From positions 1 to 32,000 of the forward strand of contig WBXG01000004.1 in NCBI GenBank assembly GCA_008932965.1: a stretch of 32,000 nucleotides of DNA, in the 5' to 3' direction. A model generated the notes under the pieces. That model had not been told where the DNA came from and searched no databases. It saw nothing but the letters and a program-made list of their open reading frames with translations. Both the position numbers and the translations under genes were made by a program. The DNA is from Verrucomicrobiota bacterium (GTDB lineage: Bacteria; Verrucomicrobiota; Verrucomicrobiia; Chthoniobacterales; UBA6821). This document shows, in pieces, positions 25,613 through 32,000 of the stretch (positions are counted from its first letter, which is position 1; every line of letters begins with the position of its first letter).

Positions 25613-26499
25613 CTTGTTTTACGGCGTTCGCGTGATGCAAAAAATGATCGTAGTGTAGGCAGGTAATCCTCGTTTGTTCGCAAAGGAACCATATCAATAC
25701 GGCGTGCTCCAAAGAGATGCAGGAGCTTGGAGGCATGACTCCTTGCTTCCTCTTGATATGCTTCACGAACTTTTTTTGAAGCAGTGTTGACTTCGATTTG
25801 AGCTCCTGTTTCAGGGTCCTCTAAGGTAATCACCCCCACATCAGGAAGCCTCTCCTCTACGGGATCAATCATGGGAAGAGCAATAAGATCGTGGCGTTTT
25901 GAAGTCACGTTCAAGGGCCGAGAAAAATCGTGCTCATCTAAAAAATCTGAAATGACAAAGACAATGGCTTTGCGATGCATCACTCTATTGAGATAATCCA
26001 ATGCCCCATGAATATTGGTCTTACATCCCTGAGGCTGAAAATAAAACATTTCACGCAGAAGCCTTAAATGATGCATGCGTCCTTTTTTAGGAGGCAAGAA
26101 GAGTTCAATCTGATCGGAAAAAAGAAGTAATCCTACTTTGTCATTGTTGTAAAGAGCGCTCAAAGCAAGCACTGCTGCTACTTCCGCAGCCACTTCTCGT
26201 TTACTTTGCTCCACACTTCCAAAGTTTCCTGAAGCACTCACATCCAAAAGAATCATGACCGTTACTTCCCGCTCTTCTTTGAATTTTTTGATATGGAGGT
26301 CCCCAGTACGTGCACTCACATTCCAGTCAATCGAGCGAATTTCATCTCCTGCAGCGTACGGGCGCACCTCTTCAAAATTCATACCCTGTCCTTTGAAGAC
26401 ACTTTGATATTGGCCTGCAAAGGAAGATTCTACCAAGCGCTTGGTTCGAAGCTCTAGTCGACGGATTTTACGCGTCATTTCTTGGGAGTCTTTCATCAC
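25609..26499 (-). CDS. DUF58 domain protein (VWA-like, MoxR partner)
   Basis: ..YAAGDEIRSIDWNVSARTGDLHIKKFKEEREVTVMILLDVSASG.. is the hallmark DUF58 motif. It follows moxR. Confidence 0.85.
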   Translation of the reverse strand: MMKDSQEMTRKIRRLELRTKRLVESSFAGQYQSVFKGQGMNFEEVRPYAAGDEIRSIDWNVSARTGDLHIKKFKEEREVTVMILLDVSASGNFGSVEQSKREVAAEVAAVLALSALYNNDKVGLLLFSDQIELFLPPKKGRMHHLRLLREMFYFQPQGCKTNIHGALDYLNRVMHRKAIVFVISDFLDEHDFSRPLNVTSKRHDLIALPMIDPVEERLPDVGVITLEDPETGAQIEVNTASKKVREAYQEEARSHASKLLHLFGARRIDMVPLRTNEDYLPTLRSFFASRERRKTR

Positions 26500-26544
26500 A
26501 CTAATAAAAAATGATCATGAGAAGATTGAAATTTATTTTTCCTT

Positions 26545-26576
26545 AAAAAAGAGGAAGCAAGAAGAATCGTGCTTCC
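26545..26576 (-). terminator. Intrinsic-terminator-like hairpin directly after moxR, inside the operon
   Basis: In minus sense: GGAAGCA (10-nt loop) TGCTTCC followed by TCTTTTTT. The 7-bp stem is at 26553-26559/26570-26576 and the A-run on the + strand is at 26545-26552. It starts 6 nt after the moxR TAG. Confidence 0.45.
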
Positions 26577-26582
26577 CCGTGG

Positions 26583-27572
26583 CTAAGGAACAGGGAGCCC
26601 CTCAAAAATTCTCCCAATAACCTCCTCTGAGGTGATCGAATCTGCCTCTGCTTCGTAGCTTACGGCAACACGATGGCGCAAGACATCAAGACCCACAGAT
26701 TTCACATCATGAGGAGTGACATAACCACGACCATGGAGAAAAGCGTGGGCCTTGGCTGCAAGCGTAAGAAAGATGGTAGCACGCGGGGAGGCTCCATAAC
26801 GAATCAACCCATCGAGTTTTAGCTTGTAGACCGCTGGCTCTCGTGTGGCCCAAACAAGATCCACGATGTAATCTTTCACCTTTTCATCCACATAGATCTC
26901 ATTGACCACATCCCTAGCTCGAAGAATTTGCTCTTTAGAAACGAGGCGCTCCACATGGAGTCGTGGAGAGGAGGTTGCCATGGCATCTAAAATCTGTCGC
27001 TCCTCTTTACGCGTAGGATACCCAACCACAATCTTGAGCATGAAGCGGTCTAATTGAGCCTCTGGCAATGGATAGGTCCCCTCTTGCTCTAAAGGATTTT
27101 GTGTGGCCAAGACAAGGAAGGGATCAGGGAGAGGGAAAGTCTCATCACTAATGGTCACATGCCTCTCTTGCATGGCTTCTAGCAAAGCGCTTTGCACCTT
27201 GGCTGGAGCCCGGTTGATTTCATCGGCCAAGATCAGATTGGCAAATAGAGGGCCTTTGCGTGTCGTAAAAACACTCTCTTTAGGATTGTAGATAAGCGTC
27301 CCAACAAGATCAGCTGGAAGAAGGTCTGGAGTGAATTGCAAACGTTGAAAGGAGGCATCAATACAGGAGGAGAGGGTTTTGACCGTTAATGTCTTAGCAA
27401 GGCCTGGAACACCTTCTAGTAACACATGCCCATTACTCAGCAAGCCGATCAGCAATCCTTGAACGAGCCCTTGCTGACCGATGACAACGCGACTGATTTC
27501 TTTTGTGAGTGGAGGCACCCAAGAGCCTGTTTCTTGGACCCGACGATCAAGTTCTTGAACAGAATGATTCAT
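26583..27572 (-). CDS. moxR: MoxR-family AAA+ ATPase
   Basis: Walker A LLEGVPGLAKT and Walker B LILADEINRAPAKVQSALLEAMQE. 329 aa, which is canonical MoxR length. Confidence 0.92.
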   Translation of the reverse strand: MNHSVQELDRRVQETGSWVPPLTKEISRVVIGQQGLVQGLLIGLLSNGHVLLEGVPGLAKTLTVKTLSSCIDASFQRLQFTPDLLPADLVGTLIYNPKESVFTTRKGPLFANLILADEINRAPAKVQSALLEAMQERHVTISDETFPLPDPFLVLATQNPLEQEGTYPLPEAQLDRFMLKIVVGYPTRKEERQILDAMATSSPRLHVERLVSKEQILRARDVVNEIYVDEKVKDYIVDLVWATREPAVYKLKLDGLIRYGASPRATIFLTLAAKAHAFLHGRGYVTPHDVKSVGLDVLRHRVAVSYEAEADSITSEEVIGRIFEGLPVP

Positions 27573-27676
27573 AGACTGGAATTTTAAATGAAGTTGGAAA
27601 AAAAGGATTTTATTGAATCGACACTAAAAATAAAGAAATGTTCAAAAAAAATTAAAAATTTTTTTCTATTTCCTGC

Positions 27677-27857
27677 TAGCCCGGATATTTCATACTGATC
27701 GTGACGAGGAGGCAGCGAAGGCTGATGGGGCAAGGCGAGCGATGAAGTCTGACGACGGCTGTATGAGTACATACTGCCCGAGGAAGACTTCGAGATCAAC
27801 GCAGCATCCATCTGACTTCCCGGTCTCCGTAGTAGATCAGAATGAAATATTTGGGCT
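27677..27857 (+). repeat. Structured TIR-bounded ~180-nt element, copy 1
   Basis: Starts tagCCCGGATATTTCAT and ends ATGAAATATTTGGGcta. About 100 central nt (27721-27818) are identical to copy 2 (27901-27998). Confidence 0.9.
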
Positions 27858-28038
27858 AACCCGGATATTTCATACTGATCGTGACGAGGAGGCCGCGAAA
27901 GCTGATGGGGCAAGGCGAGCGATGAAGTCTGACGACGGCTGTATGAGTACATACTGCCCGAGGAAGACTTCGAGATCAACGCAGCATCCATCTGACTTTC
28001 CAGCTTATGCAGGTGATCAAGATGAAATACCTGGGTTA
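27857..28038 (+). repeat. Structured TIR-bounded ~180-nt element, copy 2 (head-to-tail with copy 1, 180-nt period)
   Basis: Starts taaCCCGGATATTTCAT and ends ATGAAATACCTGGGttaa. Its right arm contains the last codons and stop of purD. Confidence 0.9.
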
Positions 28039-29303
28039 AAAGAAGCTCCTCCAATGTCCCGTCGATATTGCTTTCCTTCAAAGTTAATCAAATCGGTAGC
28101 GGCATACGCCTTTCTACGAGCCTCTTCGAGTGTTTCTCCCAGCGCAGTCACTCCTAGGACACGTCCTCCAGCAGTGTAAAGAGTACCATCTTCCTCTTTG
28201 GCTCCTGCATGAAAGAGCACCACTTCTGGGTCAGAGGCCAAAGCCGCTTCCATTCCGTTAATCACCTTTCCTTTCTCAATGGTTCCAGGATACCCACCCG
28301 AGGCTACGACAATACAAACGGCAGGGCGTGAATCCCAGAGAGGCTTGTGCGTGGCAAGCGTTCCATCGAGTGTCGCCTCTATAAGATCGAGTAGATCGCT
28401 CTTAAGACGTCGCATGAGGACTTGAGTCTCGGGATCTCCAAAGCGACAGTTAAATTCTAGCACTTTGGGGCCTTGAGGAGTGATCATCACCCCAGGGAAA
28501 AGCATCCCTTGAAAACCAAGACCATCGGTTTCAAGCCCACGTAAAAAAGGTTTTAAGAGGATACGTTGAAGTTCTTCCAGAATGCTTTGGGGACACACTC
28601 CGGAAGGGGAGATGGTTCCCATGCCTCCGGTGTTGAGTCCTTGGTCTCCCTCAAGCGCCCGCTTGTGATCGCGTGCATCAGGAAAAAGAAGGGCCTCTTT
28701 CCCATCTATGAGTGCGTGCAGAGAACATTCTACTCCCGTGAGGAATTCCTCAATGACAATGGTTGCTCCAGCAGCTCCAAAAATTTTCTCCTCCATCGAT
28801 TGCCGCACTGCTTCACATGCCTCTTTTAAATTCTGAGCAATCACGACCCCTTTTCCAAGAGCGAGTCCATCGGCTTTCACAACGATTGGATAAGAGGCAC
28901 TTCGAACATACTCGTAAGCAGAAGCAGCATCGGTGAATGTTTTTGAATCGGCTGTGGGAATTCCATGGCGTTGCATGAAATCCTTAGCAAACGATTTGGA
29001 AGATTCTAAACGTGCTCCGGAGGCCGTAGGGCCAAAAACACGAAGTCCTGCTTCTTTAAAAAGATCAACAATACCGAGTGCCAATGGATCGTCTGGACCG
29101 ACAATGGTGAGATCGATTTTTTTCTCTTTCGCAAAGGCGAGTAACCCTGCGCAATCGGAAGCTGCAATCGGAATATTCACTCCGAGGGCCGCTGTGCCCG
29201 AATTTCCAGGAGCAGTAAAGAGACGTGTGAGCCGAGGACTCTGTTTTAATTTCCAGGCGAGGGCATGTTCTCGGCCGCCGGAGCCGATGAGAAGAATATT
29301 CAT
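28017..29303 (-). CDS. purD: Phosphoribosylamine-glycine ligase
   Basis: MNILLIGSGGREHALAWKL..VVKADGLALGKGV..GGMG..EFNCRFGDPETQ.. is canonical PurD. I prefer the ATG at 29303; the tracked start at 29321 is a TTG. Confidence 0.93.
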   Translation of the reverse strand: MNILLIGSGGREHALAWKLKQSPRLTRLFTAPGNSGTAALGVNIPIAASDCAGLLAFAKEKKIDLTIVGPDDPLALGIVDLFKEAGLRVFGPTASGARLESSKSFAKDFMQRHGIPTADSKTFTDAASAYEYVRSASYPIVVKADGLALGKGVVIAQNLKEACEAVRQSMEEKIFGAAGATIVIEEFLTGVECSLHALIDGKEALLFPDARDHKRALEGDQGLNTGGMGTISPSGVCPQSILEELQRILLKPFLRGLETDGLGFQGMLFPGVMITPQGPKVLEFNCRFGDPETQVLMRRLKSDLLDLIEATLDGTLATHKPLWDSRPAVCIVVASGGYPGTIEKGKVINGMEAALASDPEVVLFHAGAKEEDGTLYTAGGRVLGVTALGETLEEARRKAYAATDLINFEGKQYRRDIGGASFNPGISS

Positions 29304-29360
29304 GTTGGAAAAATTAGCCAAGAGAGATAGCCTCGTCCATCTTCAACTTGTTCCATTTCT

Positions 29361-29705
29361 ATGACCCTCTGCCTGCTTAAATCTAAAATTCACCGAGCCA
29401 CAGTCACTGGTGCTTCGCTTGATTACGAAGGAAGCTTAACTATTGCTGCAGACCTCGCAGAACGTGTAGGACTCCTTCCTTATGAGAAAATCCTAGTTGG
29501 CAATATGGCTAATGGAGAGCGTTTTGAAACCTATGTCATTTATGGAAAAGTAGGGTCTGGAGTTATTGAACTTAATGGAGCTACCGCCTTGCTTGGAAAA
29601 ATTGGAGATCTTCTTACCATCATGTCCTTTGCATGGATAGAGGCTGCTTCTACACATCACCCTAAGATTATCACTCTTGGACGTAGTAATATTATTCAGT
29701 CGTAA
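29361..29705 (+). CDS. panD: Aspartate 1-decarboxylase
   Basis: LKSKIHRATVTGASLDYEGSLTIA..NGERFETYVI..LNGA collinear with E. coli PanD, including the G-S self-cleavage site. Confidence 0.92.
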   Translation: MTLCLLKSKIHRATVTGASLDYEGSLTIAADLAERVGLLPYEKILVGNMANGERFETYVIYGKVGSGVIELNGATALLGKIGDLLTIMSFAWIEAASTHHPKIITLGRSNIIQS

Positions 29706-29885
29706 CCCGGATATTTCATTCTAATCGTGACGAGGAGACCGCGAAGGCTGATGGGGTAAGGCAGAAGAGCATTTTGATGCCGGGCTGTATGTGTACATAC
29801 TGTCCAAATCAAAATGTGAGTCTAACGCAGCATCCACCCTTGCTTCCCGGCCTCCGCAGTAGATTAGTGTGAAATATCCGGGTTA
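29703..29885 (+). repeat. Structured TIR-bounded ~180-nt element, copy 3
   Basis: TAACCCGGATATTTCAtt...gtGAAATATCCGGGTTAA, with a perfect 15-16 bp TIR. The first three nt are the panD stop codon. Confidence 0.9.
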
Positions 29886-29910
29886 ACCCGCATATTTCAT
29901 TCTAATCGTG
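29883..29910 (+). repeat. Left-end stub of the same element (copy 4, ~28 nt)
   Basis: taacccgcatatttcattctaatcgtg matches the copy 3 left end with 1 mismatch, then diverges into tadA coding sequence. It shares the TTAA with the right end of copy 3. Confidence 0.75.
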
Positions 29911-30418
29911 CAGTGGTTGCTGCATTTAGATCCAAGCTATTTCGTTTTTCATTGAAGAATTTTTTGAGGAGGCGAGCGCACTCCTCCTCTCGTACTCCAC
30001 TTTTAATATCGCATTTATGATTGAGGGTTGGCATTTGAAGAATATTAAGAAGCCCTCCAGCTGCACCTCCACGAGAATCACCACAGCCAAAAATCACCCG
30101 CCTCACACGTGCATTTACGGAGGCTCCTGCACACATGGGGCATGGCTCTTTAGTGACATAGAGATCACACTCATTTAATCGCCAGTCCCCAATGACCGAT
30201 GCAGCTTGAGTAATTGCTAAGATTTCTGCATGTGCTGTGGCATCTTTCAACGCCTCTACTTGATTGTGAGCACGGGCAATGATGCGATCGCAATAGACTA
30301 TGACAGCTCCTACGGGGACCTCCTCCTTTTCATATGCATGTAGGGCCTGGCGCAATGCTTGCTGCATAAAATAATCGTCACTCTTAAGGTCAATCGTCTC
30401 TGTTTGATAAAAATCCAT
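29897..30418 (-). CDS. tadA: tRNA-specific adenosine deaminase
   Basis: ..VPVGAVIV..HAEILAI..EPCPMCAGA.. is the CDA-fold zinc motif (HAE / PCxxC). 173 aa. Confidence 0.9.
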   Translation of the reverse strand: MDFYQTETIDLKSDDYFMQQALRQALHAYEKEEVPVGAVIVYCDRIIARAHNQVEALKDATAHAEILAITQAASVIGDWRLNECDLYVTKEPCPMCAGASVNARVRRVIFGCGDSRGGAAGGLLNILQMPTLNHKCDIKSGVREEECARLLKKFFNEKRNSLDLNAATTARLE

Positions 30419-30442
30419 AAATTTAGTTTTAAAAGAAAAGTC

Positions 30443-30696
30443 TTAACCCGCATATTTCATACTGGTTCCTTGCAAGGCGCTGCGAATCCTGATGCAGAAA
30501 CCACCGGCGGTCGGGAGACCACGGTGGAGACTGCCCTGAAAGGGCGAGACGAGCGGGAGCGAGCGAGTCAACGAAGGTGATGGATTGCAACGACGGCTGT
30601 ATGTTTCATACTGCCCGAGGAGCAATTCGAAGCTGACGCAGCATCCATCTCACTTCCCGGCTTCCGTAGTAAATGAGTATGAAATATCCAGGTTAA
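30443..30696 (+). repeat. Long (254-nt) variant of the structured element, copy 5
   Basis: TTAACCCGCATATTTCAT...ATGAAATATCCAGGTTAA. It shares the core gacggctgtatg..catactgcccgagga and cgcagcatccatc, and carries extra GC-rich material in the left arm (about 30465-30570). Confidence 0.85.
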
Positions 30697-30775
30697 AAGA
30701 ACGACTCCTATTTTTGAACACCAATAATGTAGCTATTGTTGATATGAGAGGTCACAACAGCTACGGTATTGCGAT

Positions 30776-32000
30776 ATGAGAGCAAAACAGATCAGCCAAT
30801 ATACCCTTATTTTGTTAATTATCAGTGCGATTGATAATATTAGAAATCTCCCTCAGATAGCTCTTTTTGGAACGACATTAATTTTTTTCTTTGCCCTATC
30901 AGCTCTTTTTTTCTTGATCCCTGTGGCTTTAGTTTCAGCCCAACTCTCTGCTTCCTCGCAGGAACAGGGAGGAATCTATCACTGGACCTGTATGGCCTTT
31001 GGACCAAAAATTGGTCTTATTGCTGTCTGGCTTCAATGGATTAATACACTTGTCTGGTTTCCTTCCATTCTTTCCTTTATCGCTGCTACAGCGACCTATT
31101 TTTTTAATCCTGCATTAGCGAGTAATAAAACGTATCTCGTGAGTGTGATCCTTGTTGTTTTTTGGGGAATGACCTTTATGAACTTAGCTGGGGTTCGTCG
31201 CTCTGCATCACTAGCAACTATTTTTTCAGTCCTAGGGGCCCTGATTCCTATTGGCCTCATTATTGGCTTTGCAGTGCTGTGGGTTGTTACAGGAAGGCCT
31301 CTACAGATTCATTTTAACCTTCATAATTTACTACCTACCTTTAATCATGCTGAAAGTTTTTCTTCCTTAACGGCATTAACGGCAATCATGACCTCGTTTC
31401 TTGGAGTAGAGCTGGCAACTGTTCATATCAACGATGTTACAAACCCAGAAAAATCTTTCCCCAGAGCGCTCGGCGTGTCAGTGCTCATTATTCTAGGAAC
31501 AATGACACTAGGATCACTTGGCATCGCACTAGTCTTACCTCTCGATCAAATTAATTTAGTCGATGGAGTCATGCAAATCTTCACTCTTTTTTCAAAAACA
31601 TATCATTTCACAGTTCTTATTCCGGTCATTATGCTCATGATTATTTGTGGAGGATTGGGAGGTATGATTAGTTACATTATTTCACCAGTAAAAGGAATAT
31701 TACAGGTTGCGGAGAGCGGCTATCTACCTCCCTTTTTTACCTTCAAAAATCGTCATGGTGTTCCCACTCGATTACTAATCACTCAAGCCATGATTGTTAG
31801 TTTGGTCTGTTCTGCATGGGGGCTGATGCCAAGTGTCAATGGATCCTACTGGCTACTAACAGATTTGAGCACTGAACTCTACATTCTCATGTATGTTTTT
31901 ATGTTTCTGGCAGCATTAAAACTAAAAATAAAAATAATGCCGGCAGCACATCTTTTCAAAATTCCTGGTGGTATCTTCGGAACCGGAGTCATCTGTTTTT
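30776..32000 (+). CDS. APC-superfamily amino acid antiporter, GadC-like (glutamate:GABA antiporter family); 3' end runs off the window
   Basis: Hand translation from ATG 30776 is open to the window end, so it is not in the ORF track. MRAKQISQYTLILL..GGIYHWT..GVELATVHINDVTNPEKSFPRAL..INLVDGVMQIF..KNRHGVPTRLLITQ..FKIPGG aligns motif for motif with E. coli GadC. Confidence 0.8.
   Translation, partial: MRAKQISQYTLILLIISAIDNIRNLPQIALFGTTLIFFFALSALFFLIPVALVSAQLSASSQEQGGIYHWTCMAFGPKIGLIAVWLQWINTLVWFPSILSFIAATATYFFNPALASNKTYLVSVILVVFWGMTFMNLAGVRRSASLATIFSVLGALIPIGLIIGFAVLWVVTGRPLQIHFNLHNLLPTFNHAESFSSLTALTAIMTSFLGVELATVHINDVTNPEKSFPRALGVSVLIILGTMTLGSLGIALVLPLDQINLVDGVMQIFTLFSKTYHFTVLIPVIMLMIICGGLGGMISYIISPVKGILQVAESGYLPPFFTFKNRHGVPTRLLITQAMIVSLVCSAWGLMPSVNGSYWLLTDLSTELYILMYVFMFLAALKLKIKIMPAAHLFKIPGGIFGTGVICF

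Noticed and set aside
27573-27676. AT-rich spacer upstream of moxR as a defined promoter (a TTGAAC and a TAAAAT are present in minus sense)
   Set aside because: The hexamers do not sit at a convincing 17-nt spacing, and promoter consensus for this lineage is unknown to me. I did not call it as a feature.
27677-28038. The tandem repeat as a CRISPR array
   Set aside because: The repeat unit is about 180 nt with no unique spacers between units. There are only two units and no cas genes in the window.
27584-28179. ORFs of 165 aa (minus) and 145 aa (plus) with internally repeated peptide sequence, and the similar ORF at 30585-30779
   Set aside because: They are read-throughs of the tandem repeat copies. 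The frame is not conserved between copies: a 4-nt versus 3-nt loop indel shifts it (DGCMSTYCPR in copy 1 against RRLYVSYCPR in copy 5). The differences between copies are compensatory at the nucleotide level, and copy 3 gives only a 31-aa peptide. This is nucleic-acid-level conservation, not protein-level.
27677-30696. Match of the element to a hammerhead ribozyme, group II intron domain 5, 6S RNA, tmRNA, SRP RNA or RNase P RNA
   Set aside because: I looked for the hammerhead CUGAUGA...GAAA core and found only ctgatgg. I also looked for a D5-type AGC-stem-GNRA hairpin and for conserved blocks of the housekeeping RNAs, and found none. Multi-copy status with TIRs also argues against a housekeeping RNA.

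Overview
Bacterial chromosomal window. By hand counts of sample lines the backbone is roughly mid-40s % GC, and an AT-rich insert of about 9.5 kb is roughly 30% GC. Nearly all genes are on the minus strand.

(1) nt 1-2700: the 3' part of an Rpn/PD-(D/E)XK transposase-like gene, then two paralogous SDR sugar-nucleotide epimerase/dehydratase genes. One of the two is interrupted by an in-frame TAG.

(2) nt 2700-12750: an AT-rich glycan-assembly island.
- A GT-C membrane glycosyltransferase gene broken by a poly-A frameshift and an in-frame TAG.
- Nested IS1595 and IS30 transposase remnants.
- A stand-alone SAM methyltransferase.
- An intact 1744-aa ORF that fuses a WbdD-like methyltransferase/kinase-like/coiled-coil module to WbsX, GT4 and GT2 domains.
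- A translationally coupled Wzt-type ABC ATPase with a C-terminal glycan-binding-type domain. No Wzm permease is present in the window.

(3) nt 12885-19000: a decayed MFS sugar-porter pseudogene, a ROK sugar kinase, a thioredoxin-fold protein, frr, pyrH, and a divergent double-GT2 glycosyltransferase.

(4) nt 18974-27572: a complete moxR-DUF58-DUF4381-batA-batB/C-batD-batE aerotolerance-type operon. It contains a 7-bp x 7 microsatellite in its largest internal gap and a terminator-like hairpin after moxR.

(5) nt 27677-30700: purD, panD and tadA are interleaved with five same-orientation copies of a ~180-nt element bounded by terminal inverted repeats.
- Its internal stems covary between copies, so it is a MITE-like structured element or RNA that I cannot assign to any known family.
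- Copies supply the stop codons of purD, panD and tadA.

(6) nt 30776-32000: the 5' part of a GadC-like APC amino-acid antiporter. It runs off the window and is absent from the ORF track.

The two things most worth follow-up are the structured repeat family and the single-polypeptide terminator-plus-polymerase glycan enzyme. Taxon guess (PVC/Verrucomicrobia-like) is low confidence.
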